From the IMG/VR virus record IMGVR_UViG_3300027769_000124, positions 1 to 24,811 of that record: DNA of 24,811 nucleotides. The stretch is one strand, 5' to 3'. Shown piece by piece: positions 9,215-16,612 of this stretch. Position 1 is the stretch's first letter, and the number at the start of each line of letters is the position of its first letter. The DNA comes from a virus (lineage: Duplodnaviria > Caudoviricetes). The position numbers and the translations under genes were made by a program. The notes beneath the pieces were generated by a model. It was not told the origin of the DNA and searched no databases. It saw only the letters and a program-made list of their open reading frames with translations.

Positions 9215-9616
9215 ATGACCATCAACTGGATCATCGAACGCCTTCTCGTCAAACCGACCGAAGGCACTCTCACCGATGTCGTCATCACCGCCGACTGGCG
9301 ATGCAACGGCTCGCAGGATCAGTACAGCGGCACTTGCTACGGCTCATGCTCGTTCGCTCCGCCGAGTGGTTCGTTCACGCCTTACGATCAACTGACCGAA
9401 GCTCAAGTCCTCGGCTGGTGCTACGCCAATGGCGTCGATCAGAGCGCGATTGAGGCAAACGTCTCCGCGCAGATCGCCGACCAGATCAACCCGCCGATCA
9501 TCGCTCCGCCGCTGCCGTGGTTGCCGCCGGTGATGATCGTGCCTCCGATGCTGCCGCAAGTGACGCCGGTTTTGGTTGCGGAGGAGGCTGCTGTCGTTGA
9601 AGCTCCGGTCGCCTAA
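9215..9616 (+). CDS. fibre-associated protein (putative fibre assembly chaperone)
   Basis: Directly after fibre; FTPYDQLTEAQVLGW and PLPW motifs typical of post-fibre proteins in environmental phages. Confidence 0.6.
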   Translation: MTINWIIERLLVKPTEGTLTDVVITADWRCNGSQDQYSGTCYGSCSFAPPSGSFTPYDQLTEAQVLGWCYANGVDQSAIEANVSAQIADQINPPIIAPPLPWLPPVMIVPPMLPQVTPVLVAEEAAVVEAPVA

Positions 9617-9617
9617 T

Positions 9618-9770
9618 ATGGAAATTACGCTCAAGCTCAACGAACAAGAAGCCAACAACATCATTCAGCTTTTGGACATTGCTGTGAAAGCTGGCGGTCT
9701 CGCCAATGCTGCCGTCGCTTTGCCAATTGTTGAAAAGATCAAGCAAGCCGCTCAACCTAAATCCGAGTAA
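9618..9770 (+). CDS. small helical hypothetical protein (50 aa)
   Basis: MEITLKLNEQEANNIIQLLDIAVKAGG...; ATG at 9618 right after upstream stop; TAATG-coupled to next gene. Confidence 0.65.
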   Translation: MEITLKLNEQEANNIIQLLDIAVKAGGLANAAVALPIVEKIKQAAQPKSE

Positions 9771-9940
9771 TGCAAACCGATACCAACAGCAACAGTGGAG
9801 TTGGAATCTCACTCGCAACTGCCGCCGCTGCTGGTGCGGTTTCATTCATCCCTCAACTGACACAGTGGTTCCAACTCGGAGCCGCTGTGTTGGCTTTTGT
9901 CGCTGCCGCAATTGGACTCTGGAAAGCTCTAAAGAAATGA
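9770..9940 (+). CDS. small membrane protein, holin/antiholin-like (56 aa), absent from ORF track
   Basis: Hand translation MQTDTNSNSGVGISLATAAAAGAVSFIPQLTQWFQLGAAVLAFVAAAIGLWKALKK: two hydrophobic segments and basic C-terminus. Confidence 0.65.
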   Translation: MQTDTNSNSGVGISLATAAAAGAVSFIPQLTQWFQLGAAVLAFVAAAIGLWKALKK

Positions 9941-10119
9941 ATTGGAAAACTACTCTCGCTGGTGTTGGTGCAATCATGGTTGCTGTGGGTGGAGCTATCA
10001 AAGCTCTGTTCGACGGTGACCCGACCACCAACATTGATCTTGCTGCGACCATTGCCGCCGTGACCGTTGGATTTGGTCTTATTGCCGCAAAGGATGCGGA
10101 CAAAAAGAAGTCCGAGTGA
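9937..10119 (+). CDS. putative holin (60 aa)
   Basis: MNWKTT start, two TM segments, AKD then charged tail; ATGA-coupled. Confidence 0.7.
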   Translation: MNWKTTLAGVGAIMVAVGGAIKALFDGDPTTNIDLAATIAAVTVGFGLIAAKDADKKKSE

Positions 10120-10259
10120 ACATCGTCGAGCAGATCATCACCGCTCTTCTGAAGTGGCTGACTGGTCTGGCGAAAACACCTCCCACCGCCGAAGATGCAA
10201 AACCAGACAAAGAGCTTAAGCAAAAGCTTCTGGATCGCATTGACCGTGCTGGTGGGTAG
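10116..10259 (+). CDS. putative i-spanin-like protein (47 aa), absent from ORF track
   Basis: GTGA-coupled; MNIVEQIITALLKWLTGLAK hydrophobic/amphipathic N-terminus then short helix; overlapped by a lipoprotein gene in another frame. Confidence 0.5.
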   Translation: MNIVEQIITALLKWLTGLAKTPPTAEDAKPDKELKQKLLDRIDRAGG

Positions 10260-10425
10260 CTGTGGCTGTGGTACTCGCGTTGTCTACGTCCCCCACGGTG
10301 AGCCGGTAAGGCTTGCTGAGACCGTCAAAGCGCGAGTTTGGGTCAAAGGTGCGGACGGTGTTTCTGTTCGCTCCAAGAACCGTATAACGCTGTCAGATGG
10401 TTGGTACGCATTGCCGAAAGACTGA
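10195..10425 (+). CDS. lipoprotein, putative o-spanin (Rz1-like)
   Basis: Basic N-region, hydrophobic FWIALTVLVG, lipobox-like VGSC/SCGC; starts inside upstream gene. Confidence 0.55.
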   Translation: MQNQTKSLSKSFWIALTVLVGSCGCGTRVVYVPHGEPVRLAETVKARVWVKGADGVSVRSKNRITLSDGWYALPKD

Positions 10426-10427
10426 TT

Positions 10428-10931
10428 ATGTCGCAACAAGTCATCAACGTTGGATCAACCGCAAACGACAACAACGGAGATACGCTCCGTGGGTCATGGA
10501 TCAAAGCCAATGCGAACTTTGATGAACTGTATGGAAACCTGCCGATTAATAACGCTCCGTCAACGTGGACCCCTACGCTGACTGACTCCGGTGGTGGCCG
10601 CACGTTCGCTTTCACGGTCAACACGGCTCGCCATACGTCCATCGGGTTTGTCTCCACGTTCACCGCTGACATCACGATCAATTCTGTGAGCGGTTCCGCG
10701 ACTGGCAATCTTCGCTTAAGCCTTCCCGATCCCGCGACTTACGACGCTGCTGTGTCCATCTGGTTGGACAATGCAACGAATCAAGCGAAGACTTCTGTCA
10801 TTGGTAAGATTGTTGGTGGGACTTCCTACTGCGAGTTGAGCCATTACGAGACCGGTGACATCACAAGTCTTGCAAGCCAACTCCAAGCTACTTCCCGCAT
10901 TCTCGTCTCCGGTGTCTACTTCACAGCGTGA
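10428..10931 (+). CDS. structural protein with T4 gp9/gp10-like N-terminal motif (short fibre/spike)
   Basis: QVINVGSTANDNNGDTLRGSWIKANANFDELY, followed by TWTPTLT and a beta-rich tip-like domain ending ISGVY-like (LVSGVYFTA). Confidence 0.7.
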   Translation: MSQQVINVGSTANDNNGDTLRGSWIKANANFDELYGNLPINNAPSTWTPTLTDSGGGRTFAFTVNTARHTSIGFVSTFTADITINSVSGSATGNLRLSLPDPATYDAAVSIWLDNATNQAKTSVIGKIVGGTSYCELSHYETGDITSLASQLQATSRILVSGVYFTA

Positions 10932-11383
10932 ACCTGATTGCCACCAGTCTCCAGTTGGGGATGTCTGTGCTACAGAGCGCGATGGGAAACCCGTCGTTTT
11001 TGTGGCAGGGAGTGCTGGTGCGTTGTCTTCCTGCTGCGATCACTGACGCCAACTCGGTTATTGCCGGTGGTTTCCAAGATAACGTCCAAGCGCGGATCTT
11101 GGTTAAATTCAGTGACTGGAGGTTGGCTGACTCCACGCTTGTAACCGTTGACGCTTCAGTCTGGTCTTGTGACGTTGGTTTCACCGCTGACCGTCTCTTG
11201 CAAGAGTCTGGAAGCTTGCTGCTGCAAGAAAACACAGATCGCTTACTCCTGACTTTTGGCAAAATGATTCCGGTGGTGGGTCGTCTTGTGACCTACGATG
11301 GGCGACAAATGCGCATCATGTCGGCTAAGAGAGACGGCTCCGGTGCTTACTATGCTCTTGAGCTTGGAGCGAAGACCAAATGA
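10928..11383 (+). CDS. putative head-closure/neck protein with internal peptide insertion
   Basis: Position; C-terminal PVVGRLVTYDGRQMRIMSAKRD fits head-closure (gpFII/gp16-like) beta-barrel end. Confidence 0.5.
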   Translation: MNLIATSLQLGMSVLQSAMGNPSFLWQGVLVRCLPAAITDANSVIAGGFQDNVQARILVKFSDWRLADSTLVTVDASVWSCDVGFTADRLLQESGSLLLQENTDRLLLTFGKMIPVVGRLVTYDGRQMRIMSAKRDGSGAYYALELGAKTK

Positions 11384-12162
11384 CTCCAACCGTCACAGTA
11401 GATACGTCCCGCTTTGACGCTGCTTGGAAGGAATACATCCCCAAGACTCGGCGGTCTTTGGCTGATGCTGTTAACTCCCGCACGTTTTTCTTGATGCTGC
11501 GGTTGTACATTCTGCTTCCGCCAAAGTCCCCACAAGCGGCTCGAAACAAGATTCTCGACTACTTCAATCGTCCGATTGGAGCGAGAAGGATTGACAAGAA
11601 GACCGGCAAGTTTCTCGGTCGTTCGCGTGAATTGCGCTTGGTTCACTTGATCGCTCAAGCGAAGAACGCTAAAGCGGGAAAACCCGGACTCTACGGTCAA
11701 GATATGCGTGACGCTGCTGGAAAGCTTCGCCGTCGCGCTGCTGGTTCAGTTGGTTACCTCAAGTCTGCTGTAACCAAAGCAATCAAGAAGCTGTCTCCGT
11801 CGTTTCAACAATTCGGTGGGACTCGACGAGCAAAGAAGGGTTCTGCTCAAGTGCGGATCGTTGCTGGAAATCAAGCTCTCATCAATCTTGCGAACCAATA
11901 CGGGTTACCCCAAGAGAACGTTTCAATGCATCGTGGAAGTTCAGCGTATGCATACAATGCAAAGGCTGGTTTCTCCCCGTCTAGTCATGTCCGGTTGAAC
12001 ATCGGTCTTGCTGACAACCAGATCGGAAAAGTTGAGGCAATCTACGCGAAAGCGATGCAACAAGCCTACAACGACGAAGCGCGAGAGATCGAGATGCACA
12101 TTGCCGCCAAGCTGGCAGAAGCGTTTGACGGGTCCGAGTCGAAAGGAATTGTCGTCCAATGA
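11380..12162 (+). CDS. putative neck/tail-completion protein
   Basis: Very basic 260 aa, between head-closure and tail-terminator candidates; SVGYLKSA motif. Confidence 0.5.
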   Translation: MTPTVTVDTSRFDAAWKEYIPKTRRSLADAVNSRTFFLMLRLYILLPPKSPQAARNKILDYFNRPIGARRIDKKTGKFLGRSRELRLVHLIAQAKNAKAGKPGLYGQDMRDAAGKLRRRAAGSVGYLKSAVTKAIKKLSPSFQQFGGTRRAKKGSAQVRIVAGNQALINLANQYGLPQENVSMHRGSSAYAYNAKAGFSPSSHVRLNIGLADNQIGKVEAIYAKAMQQAYNDEAREIEMHIAAKLAEAFDGSESKGIVVQ

Positions 12163-12641
12163 ATGGCGTTGCTCTCAGAACCGAACGCGCTTTAGTCGAT
12201 TGGCTGTCTGCTCAAGACTGGTCTGCGTCTCCGCTTGGAACCCCAACCTGTTTGACGAGCTACGGTCATGGAGCGTTTACAGATCCAGACTTGGAAGATC
12301 GGATGCCAGACTTTCCTCGCATCGTTGTACGATCATCAACTGCGGTTCCGGTTCATCCTATTGACCGGACTTGTGAGGTTGATGTAACCGCTACGCTTCA
12401 GCTTTCCGCTGACGATACTCCCGAATACAACGTGTTGGCTACCGTTGCAGCGTTTGAAGACATCCTGCAACCACTATTCGTTGACGACAACATTTCAGAA
12501 TTGAACGTTGGAGATTCCGATCCGTCTGGCGGATTTACCGCATTCTTTGCGACTCCAACAGACTTTGGAGTGAATGACACTAGTGAAAGAGCTAGAACTT
12601 TCTCGCGTTCAATGACAATCTTTGCAGCAGCAAACTCATAA
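12159..12641 (+). CDS. putative tail terminator
   Basis: Acidic 160 aa, FPRIVV motif, immediately upstream of tail tube. Confidence 0.55.
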   Translation: MNGVALRTERALVDWLSAQDWSASPLGTPTCLTSYGHGAFTDPDLEDRMPDFPRIVVRSSTAVPVHPIDRTCEVDVTATLQLSADDTPEYNVLATVAAFEDILQPLFVDDNISELNVGDSDPSGGFTAFFATPTDFGVNDTSERARTFSRSMTIFAAANS

Positions 12642-12653
12642 CACACTAACAAC

Positions 12654-13130
12654 ATGGCACTTTCAAAAGGTCTTGCGCTAGTCTACGGCGCAAAAGGAAC
12701 CATCAAGCTGTACACGGTTGGGGTCGCAAACGCTCTTACCGAAATCACCACCGGAACTATCACGACGATTGAGAGCTACGACGCTTCGCATGAGGCCGAT
12801 GTCGAGCAGATCAAAAACTCTGCTGGTGAGGTTGTGGCTCAAGTCTCGGCCAATGAGCGCATTTCACTCAACATCACTTTCATCCCGAGTGCCTCCACTT
12901 TCGCTCAAGCTAAATTGGCTGCGAGCCTCCCTAAAGTGAATGGGTATGCAGCTATTGCCGGAAGCGATGCGACTACTGTTGGTGGTGGTTCTATTGATGG
13001 TGATTACGTTTATTCGGGAGGTGGAAGCGTCAAGTTCACCAGCAGCGGTAAGGTCATGGTTACGATTACCGTGACCAAGTATCTCGACGCTTCCGCTCTG
13101 ACCGGAACCGCCGCTGTCTTCACGCTGTAA
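12654..13130 (+). CDS. major tail (tube) protein
   Basis: 158 aa Thr/Gly/Ala-rich beta protein, IKNSAGEVVA hairpin, position before chaperone and tape measure, own A/C-rich leader. Confidence 0.7.
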   Translation: MALSKGLALVYGAKGTIKLYTVGVANALTEITTGTITTIESYDASHEADVEQIKNSAGEVVAQVSANERISLNITFIPSASTFAQAKLAASLPKVNGYAAIAGSDATTVGGGSIDGDYVYSGGGSVKFTSSGKVMVTITVTKYLDASALTGTAAVFTL

Positions 13131-13132
13131 TT

Positions 13133-13684
13133 GTGGCAGATCTTGCAAAGATACTCGCAGAGACCGGACCTCAAGCACCAATTGTGCTTGGGGTTCGACT
13201 TGTTCCCTACACCGTAGGACACGCGATTGTCTTGCAGCGTTTGCGCTCCCCCTACGTTTTAGGTGGAGAAATTACACCGAGCGATTTAGCGGAGGCTGTG
13301 CTTGTTTGCTCACAGTCTCCGCTTGAATCCATCAGGTCCATCAAATCAATCTGGCGTGACCTCATTCTGTGGTTGTGGGGAAAGCGGATTGAGCGAATGA
13401 ATTTGGTCGTTGAGTCCGACAAGTTTCAGTTGTGGCTCAAAGAGCAATCAACCGCTCCCGAAGTGCTGATGGAAAGCGGCAGTAAGTCAAAGACCCCTGC
13501 AATGCCGTGGCCCGAACGGGTTCTTGTTGGATGTCTCAACATTGGGATTGCTCCTGACGATGCGATCCAGATGCCTCTTGGTGACGCAGAAAGGCTCATT
13601 CTAGCGCACGCAGAGATGATGGGTCAGGTTCAGTTGTGGGACGACCAGAGCGAAGCCATTTGGCAGAATCAACAAGCGAACTGA
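13133..13684 (+). CDS. tail assembly chaperone (G/T-like in one ORF)
   Basis: Between tail tube and tape measure; C-terminal 'PDDAIQMPLGDA' resembles gpT-type motif; in-frame GGGAAAG at 13378-13384. Confidence 0.65.
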   Translation: MADLAKILAETGPQAPIVLGVRLVPYTVGHAIVLQRLRSPYVLGGEITPSDLAEAVLVCSQSPLESIRSIKSIWRDLILWLWGKRIERMNLVVESDKFQLWLKEQSTAPEVLMESGSKSKTPAMPWPERVLVGCLNIGIAPDDAIQMPLGDAERLILAHAEMMGQVQLWDDQSEAIWQNQQAN

Positions 13685-13685
13685 T

Positions 13686-14762
13686 ATGGGTGTACTTTCT
13701 CTACTTGTTAAGCTTGGTCTTGATTCCACAGCGTTTGAGATGGGCGTGAAACGCGCTCAGAGCGTTGGTGAAAAGTTTGGAAATAGCTTCAAAAACGCCG
13801 TTACAAGCAGACTTGCCGGTGCTTTGTCTGTGGCTGCTGTCACTGGATTTGCAAACTCGGTTGCTCAAGCCGCTGACCGTGTTGGAGAGCTTGCCGAACA
13901 GTTGAACATCTCAACCGATGATGTCCAAAAGTTCCAAATGGCAGCGCAACTCTACGGAGTAAAGTTTGAGGCTGTTGCTGCGGCTATTGCTCGCGTAAAC
14001 GACGCAAGAACTGCTGCAATCGCAAATGATGGACCGCAGAGAGCAGCGTTTGAGCGTCTCGGCTTGAGTGTTCAGCAACTCTCAGACAGATCTCTTGGAA
14101 GCGAGCAAGTGCTTGTTGCTCTTGGCGAGAAGCTAAACGCCAATCGCAATAACGCTGAGATGATGGCTGCGGCTGCTGACTTGCTTGGTTTGAAGCTTAC
14201 AAAAGCTGCAATGGCTGCTGGAACAATCAAAGACTTGGGTCCTATTGATATGTTCAAAGCAGAGGACATCAAGAACATTGAGAAATTCAACGATCAGATG
14301 GATATTCTGATTAAAAAGACTCAGGTTCAATCTGTCGCTGCTGCTAAGTCTTCATACAATGCGGTAAAACTTGCGTTTGATTTGTTCAATCTTACGCAAA
14401 CTGGAAAAGCTGTTGCGTTTGCATCAAAGCTATCAATAGCACCAGCAGCGACAGCTTTAGATTTGTTTTCAGGATCTTCAAAGTTGATGGGTGGAAATGC
14501 TGCTGCTGAAACCGCAAAAACTGCTGGATTGACTGGAATGAAAGGTGACAGGTTTATTCCACCGGACTTGATTATGTCCGCAATCAAAGGAGAGAAGTTT
14601 GCTTTTGGTGGAGCGCAAGATTCACTTGCTCGCATTGGTGGATTCACCGGATTTCAAACCAATCAAGACATTGCGATCAAGCAAGCTGTTGAACAGACTT
14701 TGCAACTCAAGCAGATTGCAAGAAGCACAGCGCAAACGGCTCAAGTAGTTTCCAGAGAATAA
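13686..14762 (+). CDS. tape measure protein (short, 358 aa)
   Basis: SLLVKLGLDSTAFEMGV N-terminus, LAEQLNISTDDVQKFQMAA, AFERLGLS; Ala-rich helical. Confidence 0.85.
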   Translation: MGVLSLLVKLGLDSTAFEMGVKRAQSVGEKFGNSFKNAVTSRLAGALSVAAVTGFANSVAQAADRVGELAEQLNISTDDVQKFQMAAQLYGVKFEAVAAAIARVNDARTAAIANDGPQRAAFERLGLSVQQLSDRSLGSEQVLVALGEKLNANRNNAEMMAAAADLLGLKLTKAAMAAGTIKDLGPIDMFKAEDIKNIEKFNDQMDILIKKTQVQSVAAAKSSYNAVKLAFDLFNLTQTGKAVAFASKLSIAPAATALDLFSGSSKLMGGNAAAETAKTAGLTGMKGDRFIPPDLIMSAIKGEKFAFGGAQDSLARIGGFTGFQTNQDIAIKQAVEQTLQLKQIARSTAQTAQVVSRE

Positions 14763-14763
14763 T

Positions 14764-15648
14764 ATGGCAACGATCAAAACCAATGTCATCACGCCAGTTG
14801 CAACTGGATACATTGAGGTTTCGCGCCAATACAACAATGGTGATGGCACTGGTCGTTTCATCACTTACAAGTATCGTGGCAGCAAAGACGCTTTGCGGCT
14901 TGCGTCTGCTGATTGGGTTGCTGCTGGTGGTAAGTATCAGATAACAGAAGACGGACCCTATTCTGAGGCAACAGTCACTTATGCTGGAACAAATTTCAAT
15001 CCTAACAGCCCAACCGCTCAGGGTCCGCTAGATGAAGACGATCCGGCTCAGCGGTATGAGTTCCGCACAGAATACGTTGATGCATCGTTGTTTTCTCTGC
15101 CTACTGTAAGAGCAGAAGCAAAGAAATGGGTTTCAACTTACCCGTCAATCAACATTACTGAGGCTGATTACTATGCTGCAATTAAAGCCGCTGGTGATGA
15201 TCCAAAGAATAACAAGCTCAACTCCGTAACAATAAACAATGTTACAACGTCGGCTGAAATATTTCCAAAAAGCCAATTCCCGCTGGCTCACAAGCTTGTT
15301 GTTAAGCTATCTCGCGGTCAGGACAGCTTCCAAACTTCCAGAGTGTCTCTAACTCGGATCTCTACTTACTCGGCTCGCAACGGTCTTCCTGCCACTCCTC
15401 CGATCATCTCGTCAATCTACGATTCAATCACGCTCGCAAACCGAAATGGATTTCCGCAAGTTGTGCGTAACGTGATGCCGCAAGCACCGCTGGACCCGTT
15501 GCTGACTCCAGATGAGACCGCTTGGGCTTGGTTGAAAACCAACGATTCAACCAGCTTGATGATCAAGACCAACCAAGTCGAAAGAAACGAGACTTGGACC
15601 TTTGCAGCGTGGGATCTTTTCGCGTATCCATACAACCCAGCATTCTAA
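14764..15648 (+). CDS. tail tip/baseplate protein (putative)
   Basis: 294 aa directly after tape measure; no motif recognised. Confidence 0.5.
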   Translation: MATIKTNVITPVATGYIEVSRQYNNGDGTGRFITYKYRGSKDALRLASADWVAAGGKYQITEDGPYSEATVTYAGTNFNPNSPTAQGPLDEDDPAQRYEFRTEYVDASLFSLPTVRAEAKKWVSTYPSINITEADYYAAIKAAGDDPKNNKLNSVTINNVTTSAEIFPKSQFPLAHKLVVKLSRGQDSFQTSRVSLTRISTYSARNGLPATPPIISSIYDSITLANRNGFPQVVRNVMPQAPLDPLLTPDETAWAWLKTNDSTSLMIKTNQVERNETWTFAAWDLFAYPYNPAF

Positions 15649-15660
15649 CACTTACACACT

Positions 15661-16020
15661 ATGGCAGACGAAATTCAGATGACCGCTCGCTTGTACGCTT
15701 CCAAAGGTGGTGCGTATCTCCCGAGCGTGACTTACACCAAATCCGCAACGATGGTTGGAACCGACATGGGTTCTCAGACCCAATTGATCGGAACTACCGT
15801 TGAAGCTTTGGACGTTCCGGTTGATGTCTCCAGCCCGTACAAGCTGTTGATTTCCAACCTCGACAGCACCAACTTCGTTGAGTTGGGTTTTGTTTCTGGA
15901 ACCTACACCATGCGGATTCCCGCTGGAGAGACGCTCTTGCTGCCTTACGTTAGTGCGACGTTGTATCTCAAAGCAGATACCAGCAACGTGACGATCCAAG
16001 CGACTTTCTGCGAGATCTAA
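15661..16020 (+). CDS. small tail structural protein, paralog A
   Basis: About 50% identical by eye to 16032..16397. Confidence 0.7.
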   Translation: MADEIQMTARLYASKGGAYLPSVTYTKSATMVGTDMGSQTQLIGTTVEALDVPVDVSSPYKLLISNLDSTNFVELGFVSGTYTMRIPAGETLLLPYVSATLYLKADTSNVTIQATFCEI

Positions 16021-16031
16021 CCGTTTGACCT

Positions 16032-16397
16032 ATGGCAAACGAAATCGAAATGACAGCGCGGTTGTATGCGTCCAAAAACGGCGCATCAATCAACCCTCAG
16101 ACGTTTACCGCTACGGCAAACATGACCGGAAGCGACATGGGTCAAAATACCCAAGATATCGGTTCCGGTTCTGACGAACTACTTGAGATCGCTGCGGATC
16201 TTTCGCTCCCGTATAAGGTGCTGATTAAGAATTTGGACCTCCAAAATGCGGTGTATGTTGGAGTTTCAATTCCTTACCAGTTCCAGATTCCCGCCGGTGA
16301 GTTCATGCTGATTCCGCGAGTGGATTCTAACTTGTATCTGCGAGCAGTTATCAGCGGTTCAGTCGTTAAGGTGTTCGCTCAATACTGCGAGATCTAA
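16032..16397 (+). CDS. small tail structural protein, paralog B
   Basis: MANEIEMTARLYASK...IPAGE...CEI shared with paralog A. Confidence 0.7.
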   Translation: MANEIEMTARLYASKNGASINPQTFTATANMTGSDMGQNTQDIGSGSDELLEIAADLSLPYKVLIKNLDLQNAVYVGVSIPYQFQIPAGEFMLIPRVDSNLYLRAVISGSVVKVFAQYCEI

Positions 16398-16609
16398 TGG
16401 CTGTAACGCTTCCATCTAAGGTGGCAGAGCGCGGCATGAAAGCAGACCATGCTCGCGCAATCAATCAACTGATCGACGCAGTTCGCAAGATCCAGCTTGT
16501 AGCTGGACCGGATCAAGCGATTGAGCAGACTCCGAACGGGACGACCATCAAGATCAAACAACCGCCAGCGACAATCGTTGGTGGCACTCCTGACGACTTC
16601 TTCTATTGA
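16397..16609 (+). CDS. small tail-associated protein (70 aa)
   Basis: TAATG-coupled; AINQLIDAVRK...IEQTPNGTTI pattern. Confidence 0.65.
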   Translation: MAVTLPSKVAERGMKADHARAINQLIDAVRKIQLVAGPDQAIEQTPNGTTIKIKQPPATIVGGTPDDFFY

Positions 16610-16612
16610 TGT

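Noticed and set aside
9706-9936. N-terminal extension of holin in ORF track (137 aa)
   Set aside because: Region is occupied by better ORFs in other frames; ATG 9937 is stop-coupled
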